Positions 8,624 through 16,620 of a DNA stretch of 50,624 nt are shown piece by piece. Where the stretch lies: NCBI GenBank assembly GCA_012523785.1, contig JAAYTH010000047.1, forward strand, positions 1 to 50,624. Reading direction: 5' to 3'. Under the pieces are notes generated by a model that did no database searches, was not told the origin of the DNA, and was given only the letters and a program-made list of their open reading frames with translations. The position numbers and the translations under genes were made by a program. The stretch comes from Bacillota bacterium. GTDB taxonomy: Bacteria; Bacillota; DTU030. Positions within the stretch are counted from its first letter, which is position 1, and each line of letters starts with the position of its first letter.

Positions 8624-9933
8624 AAAAACTTCAGCGACTGACCATTGAAAACTTCCAGTCCCATGAATTCACCCAAATTGATTTTTCCCCCGGATTCAAT
8701 GTCATCGTCGGCCAATCGGACCAAGGGAAATCGGCCCTAATTCGAGCCCTGAAGTGGCTTATTTATAATGAGCCCCGGGGTGTTGATTTTATCCGCGTTG
8801 GGGCAACAAGGAGTAGTGTTACCATTCTTTTAACAGATGGCACCCAAATAACGCGGGAACGGACCCCATCCCGAAATCGCTATTATCTTTTAATACCGGG
8901 GCAGGAGGAAAATATCTTTGAAGGGTTCGGATCCCGAGTTCCCCAGGAGATACAAGATGCTCTGGGGATGGGAAAAGTAAAATTGGACGAAGACCTGGAA
9001 AGGATGTTGAATTTAGGCGAACAGCTGGAGGCACCCTTTCTTCTAGCGGAAACTGGTTCTGTAAAGGCCAAGGCCATCGGCCGTCTGTACGGGGTGCATA
9101 TCATTGATGCTGCCCTACGAGAAACAGTGCGGGATATGAGCCGGGCCCAGCAGGAGGAAAAACGCCTCGAAGATCGCCTCCGGCAAGTATCCGGGGATCT
9201 GGATGATTACTCTGACCTTCCCAATTTGGCACAAAAGGTGCAATATTTAAGGCAAAAATTGACGGAACTCAAGGTACTAACGGGACGGCTGGATACCTGC
9301 CGGGGACTTAAACAGAGGAAGGAAGAATTAGACAGTTATATTTTGCGGGCTGAGATAACCATCAAGGGATTGGTGGGGCTGCCAAAATGTGAGGAGTTAA
9401 TAAAAAAGATCGCCTTACTCCGGTCCCGCCATAGTGCCGCTAGGGAATATCGCCGGGAATTAAAGCAGGCCCGGGAAAAGGTCCTGCAGGCAGAAAAAGT
9501 ATTGCAGGCTACCCAAGGTTTAAAAAGGGCGGAAGAGTGGCAGCTGGCGGCCCAAAATTGCCGCCGTATGGGAACAGAACTTGCTAATCTCTACCGGGAA
9601 AATAGAAGGATAGAAGGCCATATCAATAGGGCCCAGGAGATATTGCAGCGGACAAAGGGGATAGAACAAGCTGTAAGGCATTTGGAGCTATACCAGGAAA
9701 AGAGGAAAGAAAGGTCTGTTTTAGAAAAATATCGACAGGAGTTTAGAACTGCCTTTCAACGGGGCAAAGGTGCCGAAGAAGCAATTTTGAATGCAGAAAA
9801 AGCAATTCGTCAATATGGGGATGAATATGGGACTCTGCTGGAGGGGTTGGGTAAATGTCCCCTTTGCTTTAGCGATATAACCCCAGAGACTATTAAAGGG
9901 ATTTTGAGTGAGTATACCGGGGAGGGTAGTTAA
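8620..9933 (+). CDS. Rad50/SbcC-like ATPase, piece 1 of 3: N-terminal ATPase lobe, ascending coiled coil and CxxC zinc hook
   Basis: 437 aa. The N-terminus LTIENFQSHEFTQIDFSPGFNVIVGQSDQGKSALIRAL has an SMC/Rad50-type Walker A. About 250 aa of heptad-rich, charge-rich sequence follow. The protein ends 21 residues after GKCPLCFSDI, a Rad50-hook-type CPxC motif. Confidence 0.75.
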   Translation: MKKLQRLTIENFQSHEFTQIDFSPGFNVIVGQSDQGKSALIRALKWLIYNEPRGVDFIRVGATRSSVTILLTDGTQITRERTPSRNRYYLLIPGQEENIFEGFGSRVPQEIQDALGMGKVKLDEDLERMLNLGEQLEAPFLLAETGSVKAKAIGRLYGVHIIDAALRETVRDMSRAQQEEKRLEDRLRQVSGDLDDYSDLPNLAQKVQYLRQKLTELKVLTGRLDTCRGLKQRKEELDSYILRAEITIKGLVGLPKCEELIKKIALLRSRHSAAREYRRELKQAREKVLQAEKVLQATQGLKRAEEWQLAAQNCRRMGTELANLYRENRRIEGHINRAQEILQRTKGIEQAVRHLELYQEKRKERSVLEKYRQEFRTAFQRGKGAEEAILNAEKAIRQYGDEYGTLLEGLGKCPLCFSDITPETIKGILSEYTGEGS

Positions 9934-10200
9934 TTGGGCTATGAAGAACAACTAGATCAACTTAAAAGGGGCCTCCAACAGGCTCTGCGCCTACGGGCCG
10001 ATGCCGAGACAAAACACAGCTTTTATTTGGAACAACGGGAAAGGATTTTACAAAAGATCAAAGAATTAGGGGTGGAGCCGGAGGAGCTGGACAAGGAAAT
10101 TAGCCGTTTGCAAAGGGAAATGGACCGGCTGTTAAAGGAGGCCGAAAAACTTATTCCTTGGGATTTACTTAAACAGCAGGAAGGTCAGGGGCGAGGGTGA
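9934..10200 (+). CDS. Rad50/SbcC-like ATPase, piece 2 of 3: 88-aa coiled-coil protein
   Basis: TTG start directly after the TAA of piece 1, in the same reading frame. GGGGAGGG lies 7 nt upstream. The sequence is entirely coiled-coil-like (EEQLDQLKRGLQQALRLRADAETKHSFYLEQRERILQKIKELG...). Confidence 0.5.
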   Translation: MGYEEQLDQLKRGLQQALRLRADAETKHSFYLEQRERILQKIKELGVEPEELDKEISRLQREMDRLLKEAEKLIPWDLLKQQEGQGRG

Positions 10201-10207
10201 TAAATAA

Positions 10208-10867
10208 ATGGCAAACTTACTTCAATTACAAAATGCTTTAGTGGATCTAGAAGCCCTTTACCACCAACGGCAGGGGCAGCGGGATCAGCTAGTCAGGGAA
10301 AGAAAAAGGCTACAGCAACAATTGGAGGAGATCATCCTAAAACGTGATTTATTGGATGAGGTACGGATCCTGTTTCAGATGACCTCTGAACATGCCCGGG
10401 AACAGGCACGGCAAACCATCGAATCTATGGTAACCCGGGCCCTCCAATATGTTTTTGGAGCTGACTTAGAGTTTAAAATCCGTATCGAGGAATCCCGGGG
10501 ACGGCCGGAGGCTGAGTTTTATGTGGCCTCAACCTATGGGGGTGAAGATGTTGTGGAGAACCGACCTCAGGATGCCCGGGGGGGTGGAGTGGTAGATGTG
10601 ATTTCCTTGGCCCTACGCCTGGTTCTTCTCCAGAGTACCCGCCCCCTCCTAGAGGGCCCGCTGCTTTTAGATGAACCAGCTAAGCATGTCTCCGATGAGT
10701 TTGCCTTCAATGTGGCGGAATTTTTGCGTGAGCTAGCCCAGGTCTTTGACCGGCAGGTGATTATGGTAACCCACAATCATCAGTTGGCCGGTGTGGCTGA
10801 CAATGCTTTTCGGGTGGAGATGGGGGAAGGAAAAAGTAGGGTTAATCAAGTGGGGGAAATTTTATAG
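10208..10867 (+). CDS. Rad50/SbcC-like ATPase, piece 3 of 3: descending coiled coil and C-terminal ATPase lobe
   Basis: 219 aa with its own RBS (GAGGGTGA) and ATG. The N-terminal 70 aa are coiled coil. These are followed by a signature-motif-like region ARGGGVVDVISLALRLVL, Walker B/D-loop PLLLDEPAKHVS, and a His-switch VMVTHNHQL. Confidence 0.7.
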   Translation: MANLLQLQNALVDLEALYHQRQGQRDQLVRERKRLQQQLEEIILKRDLLDEVRILFQMTSEHAREQARQTIESMVTRALQYVFGADLEFKIRIEESRGRPEAEFYVASTYGGEDVVENRPQDARGGGVVDVISLALRLVLLQSTRPLLEGPLLLDEPAKHVSDEFAFNVAEFLRELAQVFDRQVIMVTHNHQLAGVADNAFRVEMGEGKSRVNQVGEIL

Positions 10868-10988
10868 TGGGAAGGGTTTTCTCGGTGGGCATGTTCTAAG
10901 GTGTGTATAAAAGAAGGATGTCATATAATAGCTAATGGCTGGGGTGTGTTATTGTTATTGTAGTTAAATTCATTTAGGGGTTGATCCT

Positions 10989-13901
10989 GTGTACCATTGG
11001 GAGCAGGAAGGGCTATTTGCCCCGGCTGGTAAACAGCTATTTTTCTGGGGCAGTGGAAGAGAAATGAAGGATTACCTCCGGCAATTTTTAAAAGAAATGC
11101 AGGGGATGGGTCTGGAGCCGGATGAGATATTACTATTGTCACCCTACCGGGAAACAAAGAATGGGCTTAATTATCTTCTTCAGGAAGTATTTGGTGGCCG
11201 GGTAGCCAGACCCCACCTGGCCACCCTTCAGGGATTCTGTTTGGAGTTTTTAAATAGGGAAGGGCACCGCATCGGGTTGGAGGACCGGCCGGAGGTAATT
11301 AGGGGTTGGCAGGAATTTCTCATCCTGAAGAATCTGCTCCCCGGGCTAGTCCCCCAAGGTTATGATCCAACCTTGTGGGAAGAAAATGGACTTGTAGGTG
11401 AGATCCTGAGTTTTTTCAACCACCTTTGGGGACAAGGTATTAACCCAGTGGAATTCCGGCAAAGGGCACATAATTTTTCCGGGCCCCAACTCCTTGATTT
11501 ATCCATTGCTTATTCTAAATATGCCGATTTTTGCCGGCAGAGGGGATACCTCCCCTTGGCGGCCATAGCGCCTCTATCCTTCCAGCTTTTACAAGAACAT
11601 TCCTTCTTGCTGAAAAAATGCCGGGAGGGTAGACGGCTACTCATCGCTACTGATCTGGATCAACTAAAACCAGTTCAACTGCAAATAGTGGAGAGTCTTT
11701 TCGCTGTTTTTCCCTACTCCTTGGGCCTGGCTTTTAAAGGTTCTGGCTTAAGCAAAAAATTAAAGGCCGGGAAATCTGTCCAAGTGATAATGGGGGAAGA
11801 ATTAAAGCGGGAAAAAAAGATACAAGGATACAGTAACGGGGAGATGGAAAACTGGGGTGTGGCCCAGAAGATTGGCCAACTACTGGCAGAGGGGAAATAT
11901 AATCCTGGGGAAATTGCAGTTTTTCTTGGTGACACCTCCCGGGGGCAGCCGCTGATGAAGATTTTGGCCGCCATGGGCATTCCTTGTTATACTAAATTTA
12001 TCGGAGATACACCCTTGGAGCCGGTGTTGAGTTTTTTATCTGATTACCTAGAGGCCTTAATGGAACCGGACAACAATGAGGGGCAGATGAAATGGTTGTC
12101 TTCGCCGCTACTAGGTCTGGATGGTTTATGGTTGCGGCGGGCCTTCTATCGGGCCCAGGAACAGGACCGGCAATTGTTAGATGTGTTGGCTGATACGGGG
12201 AAAAAACCGGTGAAATTTTTCCTTTACCATCTTGAGGGGATTAGGACAGCTTGCATAAGCCCCCTGGAAATAGTGGAAGAATTATATGAAGAATATAATT
12301 TATTTCAGCCCCATGTGGATGGCCCGGGAGAGGGAAAAGGACAGGAGGTCCCGGAACCTTCAAGCAAGCGGCAGGATTTTCTTATGCTGGCGCGGGAATG
12401 TGAAGACCTAAACCACCATTTTAGGGGTAAAGATGCAAGCCTCCAGGAATTTCTGCAGCAACTAGAAGGGGCCTGGCCTTATTTAAAACGGGAAATAAGG
12501 GTTGCTGTGGGCCCAGGGGAAGGGGTTATGTTTGCTCTTATTCGGGATGCCCCTAAGTACATGCCTGGGGCTGCCTTTCTACCCGCAATGGCTGCTAATA
12601 TCTATCCACCCCAACGGATTCCAGCTCCCCTCCTGGGCAAAGGGGAATGGAATGAGCTCCGGGATATTTTTCCCCACTTGGAATTGCCTCCGGATTTTGA
12701 CCCCCGCCGTTTTCATACCGAGCATCGAGTTGCTTTAGAGCGGGGGGCTGCTGCCGCTGATCAGGCTTGGATCAGTTGGGCCCGCTCCTATCCTGAAATA
12801 GAAAAAACCGGGCCCTCGGATCTCTTGAGTGAGAATGTAGAAAAAAGGTATAAAACAGAGTTTAAGGAGGAATACCATTTTACCTGGCCCGATCCCGCTC
12901 CGGGAGCAACTACCAGGGAACGTTTAAGTGATTTTTACTCCCAGCAAATTAGCCGTGGGGGGGCAAAGCCATTGCCCAGGGCCCAGGAGGAGCCGGGCCA
13001 ATTTGGTATTTACCTTAAGAACCTTACTCCTCCCATCGAGGGAAAGAGGATAGCCGCCCAGATCGACTATTTCACCCCTTCCGCTATTAGGACTTATTTG
13101 GCCTGTCCCCGGCGTTATTATTATCAAAACATCCTGAAACTAAAAACTCCCCCCTACCCCCGCGCCCAGTTGGGTTTATTTTTGCACCGGGTCCTGGAGG
13201 TTTTTCACCGCCGTTTTCCCTCCCTGTTTGGTGTTGATGAAGAAATCGCAGGGTCCTATATGGAACAGGTTTTCAAGGAAATATGGCTAGACATGAGGTC
13301 ATCCTTTGGAAAGGGACTTCTATCAGATTTTTACCGGCAGGAAGCCAAATCCATCTGCCGGGCTTACTTGGCCCGGGAATTGCCCAATTGGGAACCGGGG
13401 CGATGGGCCAGGGTGGAAGAAACTATTGATTTCACCTTTAGGGGCAACCGACTACGGGGCCGCTGGGATAGGTTGGATATACTACCCGGTGGTGGTTGGG
13501 AAATAATTGACTACAAGACGGGAAGGGATCAGACAGAAGGGCAGCGTAAAAGGGAATTCCTACCCCGCGAAGGCGAAGGACCGGTGGACATGCAGTTGAT
13601 TATCTATTACCTGGGGGCTAGGAAGAAGGGAATATCCCCGGAGTACTTTACCTGGTATCGACTTTCAGGACTCATAGGCCGAAGTAAGGTAAAACGCAGT
13701 TTGTTCTTTGGGGAGGGGAAGGGTGGTATCACGCCAAGCGATTTGGAAAAGGCCAAGGGGATCCTTACCGAAATATTAGGGGAGATGCGGACAAATGATT
13801 ACCCCCCTAGACCCCGGAATGATCGAATCTGCAAGTATTGTGCCTTCCGATTTCCTTGTCCCGGCTCTCAACCTCTGGAGGAAGGGGAAATAAATGAATA
13901 G
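10989..13901 (+). CDS. addB: AddB-like subunit: degenerate helicase-like N-terminal region plus C-terminal PD-(D/E)XK nuclease with an Fe-S cluster
   Basis: 970 aa. I see no intact Walker A in the N-terminal part. The C-terminus has the AddB/RecB-family pattern: first Cys in YLACPRRYYYQ, nuclease core GRWDRLDIL...WEIIDYKTGR, and a terminal CKYCAFRFPC triad. It overlaps the following helicase gene by 8 nt. Confidence 0.75.
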   Translation: MYHWEQEGLFAPAGKQLFFWGSGREMKDYLRQFLKEMQGMGLEPDEILLLSPYRETKNGLNYLLQEVFGGRVARPHLATLQGFCLEFLNREGHRIGLEDRPEVIRGWQEFLILKNLLPGLVPQGYDPTLWEENGLVGEILSFFNHLWGQGINPVEFRQRAHNFSGPQLLDLSIAYSKYADFCRQRGYLPLAAIAPLSFQLLQEHSFLLKKCREGRRLLIATDLDQLKPVQLQIVESLFAVFPYSLGLAFKGSGLSKKLKAGKSVQVIMGEELKREKKIQGYSNGEMENWGVAQKIGQLLAEGKYNPGEIAVFLGDTSRGQPLMKILAAMGIPCYTKFIGDTPLEPVLSFLSDYLEALMEPDNNEGQMKWLSSPLLGLDGLWLRRAFYRAQEQDRQLLDVLADTGKKPVKFFLYHLEGIRTACISPLEIVEELYEEYNLFQPHVDGPGEGKGQEVPEPSSKRQDFLMLARECEDLNHHFRGKDASLQEFLQQLEGAWPYLKREIRVAVGPGEGVMFALIRDAPKYMPGAAFLPAMAANIYPPQRIPAPLLGKGEWNELRDIFPHLELPPDFDPRRFHTEHRVALERGAAAADQAWISWARSYPEIEKTGPSDLLSENVEKRYKTEFKEEYHFTWPDPAPGATTRERLSDFYSQQISRGGAKPLPRAQEEPGQFGIYLKNLTPPIEGKRIAAQIDYFTPSAIRTYLACPRRYYYQNILKLKTPPYPRAQLGLFLHRVLEVFHRRFPSLFGVDEEIAGSYMEQVFKEIWLDMRSSFGKGLLSDFYRQEAKSICRAYLARELPNWEPGRWARVEETIDFTFRGNRLRGRWDRLDILPGGGWEIIDYKTGRDQTEGQRKREFLPREGEGPVDMQLIIYYLGARKKGISPEYFTWYRLSGLIGRSKVKRSLFFGEGKGGITPSDLEKAKGILTEILGEMRTNDYPPRPRNDRICKYCAFRFPCPGSQPLEEGEINE

Positions 13902-16341
13902 ATATCTAAAGGGGTTAAATCCTGAACAGCGGCAGGCCGTTACCTATCCTTTGGATAAACCCCTTAAGGTGTTGGCCGGGGCCGGAACCGGCAAGACCAG
14001 GGTACTGACCACCAGATATATACATATCCTGGCCCAGGGCGGCAACTGGGCCCCGGAAAACATTTTAGCCTTGACCTTTACCAATAAGGCGGCGGCGGAA
14101 ATGAAAGAACGCATTGTTGATTCTTGCCGGAGGATGAGGATTGCCACTGGCCCTCTGTTTTTGCAAGAGAGCTGGATAGGCACCTTTCATTCCTGCTGCC
14201 ATCGATTTCTGCGGGAACATGCCCTAGGGGCAGGATTAGACCCGGAATTTACTGTTTATGATGAGGCCCGTTCTTGGCTCCTCTATCGGCGGGTGGTGGA
14301 TGAATTTTTATCCGCTAAGGGGGCAGTGCCGGAGGGCTTTGTCCTTACTGATCTCAATTTCTACGTAAAGGATGTCTATTTCCTCATCAATCGCCTGAAG
14401 GACAGCCTTATCTATCCAGATGATTACCAGCAGATGGTCAGAGAAGAAAATAATAAATATTATGACCGCTGGGGGGAGCTCTTAATGGGTTTAGGTGATA
14501 TGGAGCTACACCCGGCAACCCGGAAGGTTTTAATGGAGAGGGGCGAGGAGGCCCGGGAACAATCGGCTTGGGAGGGGGATCTCATCCAGGTCACCAATTT
14601 TTTGTTTTCTGCCTATCAAGAGGCACTGGCAGCAGCAAGGGCCCTTGATTTTGCTGATCTCATCTATTATACCTACCGGCTTTTACGGGACAATGTGGCC
14701 CTGGGAGAGGAGTGCCGACACCGATTTGCCTATATTTTGGTGGATGAATTTCAGGATACCAATAGGGCCCAATTTGCCCTTTTGCGCCTTTTGGCCCGGG
14801 ATGAAAAAATGTCTAATGTAACGGTAGTGGGGGATGAAAGACAGGCCATATATGGTTGGCGGAATGCCCGGATAGAAAATGTGAGGGAATTTGCGGCCCG
14901 GGAGTGGGGGGGTGAAGAGATAAGATTGCACACAAATTACCGTTCCTATCAGCAAATACTAGATCTAGCCCAGTTTAGTATGGAAAAATCCCCCCATTTG
15001 CTGCAGGATAATTCGCCCCTCCGGGCCCAGCGGGGAGTTGCCCCTGGGCCCCGCATCAGTTTGGCACTGGCCCAGGATAGGGGAGAGGAAGGAAACATAA
15101 TTGCCGCCGCCATTGGTGAACTCCTAAAGCAGGGGATGAGGGCTGAAGATATAGTAATTCTTCTGCGCAGCCCCCGCTGGGCCCAACCCTACGAGGGTGC
15201 CCTGCGCCTAAGGGGTATCCCCTTTCAGACCGTCGGCGGTGTGGGTTTTTATGATCGGGAAGAAATTAAAGATCTTTTGGCTTACCTGCGGGTTATTACC
15301 AACCCCTACGACGACCTGGCCTTGGTACGGGCCCTCATGGCCCCGCCTTGTTTTTGCAGTGATGCCGATTTGGCACAGATATGCCAATTGCAAAAACGGC
15401 GGGAGGGGATTGGAGGGGAAGAGGTCCATTTATATGATATCCTGCGCGGAGTGTTAGTGGAACCTGAAATTCCCCCGGCGGTAAGAAAGAAGGTGGAAGT
15501 CTTTTTGGCGCTGGGGGAAGGACTTATTGAATTACAAGATAAGATGTCACTGACAGATTTTTTGAACCAGATTCTACAAAGGACCGCCTATCTTAACTAT
15601 GTTTATGCTAACCCACCAGATGAAGTTCGCCGTCGAATTGGCAATATCAAGAAACTCTTTTCCCTCGCTTCCCAAATAGATCCGGGAACAGCTGCTGAAT
15701 TTATCCGTTATGCGGAATTCTTTTCGGAAAATGATCTACGGGAAGGCGAAGAAGCGGCCGGGTATAGGGATGCTGTCACCATAATGAGTGTCCACCAGGC
15801 CAAGGGTTTGGAGTTTCCCTATGTTTTTTTACCCAATCTCACGGATACTAATTTCCCCGTCCGGGCCCCTTACCCCAATTTAGATTACAGTGAAGATCTG
15901 GGATTAATTATAAAAAAGGACCGGTTGGGAAGGGATATGGCAAAATTTGCCCCCCATAATTATGATAAAGAAAATTATCGAGATATTTATAACCACTTTG
16001 GGATTATTAGTTACAAAGATAGACAGCGGGAAGAACAGCTACAGGAGGAGCGCCGTCTTTTTTATGTGGCCCTGACCAGGGCCCAAGAGGGGCTGTATTT
16101 GACTTGTCCTAAACCTTTCCCAAAAAGATCCCGGGGGCCCCATTTCTTCCGGGAAATCTGGGAAGGATATGAGCCGGCGGAAAAAATTGTGGGGCAGAAG
16201 GTTCAAGGTCCGGCGGGAGATGAAGACCCTTTGCTAGACTGGAAGCCGGGAGAGCTGCAGCAATACCATGAGGTTTTGTCAAAGTGGCTAGAGCTAGGAA
16301 AAAGGATTTTTACCGCTTCTGACAAATTTTTGCCAAAATAG
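13894..16341 (+). CDS. UvrD/PcrA/AddA-type superfamily 1 helicase with no recognisable C-terminal nuclease domain
   Basis: 815 aa. Motifs: LNPEQRQAV, Walker A AGAGTGKTRVLT, TFTNKAAAEM, ILVDEFQDTN, VGDERQAIYGWRNA, TNYRS, VTIMSVHQAKGLEFPYVF, LFYVALTRAQEGLYL. The protein ends about 90 aa after the last helicase motif. Confidence 0.9.
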   Translation: MNRYLKGLNPEQRQAVTYPLDKPLKVLAGAGTGKTRVLTTRYIHILAQGGNWAPENILALTFTNKAAAEMKERIVDSCRRMRIATGPLFLQESWIGTFHSCCHRFLREHALGAGLDPEFTVYDEARSWLLYRRVVDEFLSAKGAVPEGFVLTDLNFYVKDVYFLINRLKDSLIYPDDYQQMVREENNKYYDRWGELLMGLGDMELHPATRKVLMERGEEAREQSAWEGDLIQVTNFLFSAYQEALAAARALDFADLIYYTYRLLRDNVALGEECRHRFAYILVDEFQDTNRAQFALLRLLARDEKMSNVTVVGDERQAIYGWRNARIENVREFAAREWGGEEIRLHTNYRSYQQILDLAQFSMEKSPHLLQDNSPLRAQRGVAPGPRISLALAQDRGEEGNIIAAAIGELLKQGMRAEDIVILLRSPRWAQPYEGALRLRGIPFQTVGGVGFYDREEIKDLLAYLRVITNPYDDLALVRALMAPPCFCSDADLAQICQLQKRREGIGGEEVHLYDILRGVLVEPEIPPAVRKKVEVFLALGEGLIELQDKMSLTDFLNQILQRTAYLNYVYANPPDEVRRRIGNIKKLFSLASQIDPGTAAEFIRYAEFFSENDLREGEEAAGYRDAVTIMSVHQAKGLEFPYVFLPNLTDTNFPVRAPYPNLDYSEDLGLIIKKDRLGRDMAKFAPHNYDKENYRDIYNHFGIISYKDRQREEQLQEERRLFYVALTRAQEGLYLTCPKPFPKRSRGPHFFREIWEGYEPAEKIVGQKVQGPAGDEDPLLDWKPGELQQYHEVLSKWLELGKRIFTASDKFLPK

Positions 16342-16384
16342 TATTTGTATGGTATTATTATGGTGATGTTAAAATAAAAACAAA

Positions 16385-16490
16385 TAATCTCCGAGCCTGA
16401 TTAGCCTAAAGGTGTAAAGCCCAGGGTACCAGGCCGCTAGGGTACACCGGAAACGGTGCTGCCTCCCGGAATTATGGAAAGGAGATGGCG
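16385..16490 (+). promoter_or_regulatory. Candidate molybdenum/tungsten cofactor (Moco RNA motif) riboswitch aptamer
   Basis: As I recall them, the conserved Moco-motif blocks occur in the expected order. They are CTCCGAGCC (16389-16397), CCTAAAGG (16405-16412), GCCTCCC (16461-16467) and GGAAAGGAG (16476-16484). CTCC and GGAG can close a P1 stem. There is a 5-bp hairpin capped by a GAAA tetraloop (CACCG-GAAA-CGGTG, 16445-16458). Tetraloop-receptor-like halves are present: CCTAA(A)G and TATGG (16473-16477). No covariance-model search was run. Confidence 0.55.
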
Positions 16491-16504
16491 ATATAGAAGT
16501 TTTT

Positions 16505-16535
16505 AAAACGTCTTCTCCAAGACGTTTTTTCTTTT
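16505..16535 (+). terminator. Intrinsic terminator forming the expression platform of the leader
   Basis: AAAACGTCTT (16505-16514), loop CTCC, AAGACGTTTT (16519-16528), then TTCTTTT. An alternative pairing exists between GGAGATGGCG (16481-16490, including the 3' half of the proposed P1) and CGTCTTCTCC (16509-18). That pairing has 8 Watson-Crick pairs plus 1 G-U out of 10 and would act as an antiterminator. Confidence 0.75.
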
Positions 16536-16620
16536 GTCTGTCTATTTTTCCTTGCCAGCCCTCTGTCCCTCGCCTTCACCCGATGGAAGAATAATTATCA
16601 CTAGTTTGGGGTGTTTTGTT

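Noticed and set aside
16385-16490. Alternative identity of the leader as a cobalamin riboswitch, suggested by the DUF4430-like domain and ECF context
   Set aside because: I found no B12-box-like element and no GCCACTG core. The conserved blocks present (CCGAGCC, GCCTCCC, GGAAAGGAG) fit my memory of the Moco motif instead. This should still be settled by cmsearch.
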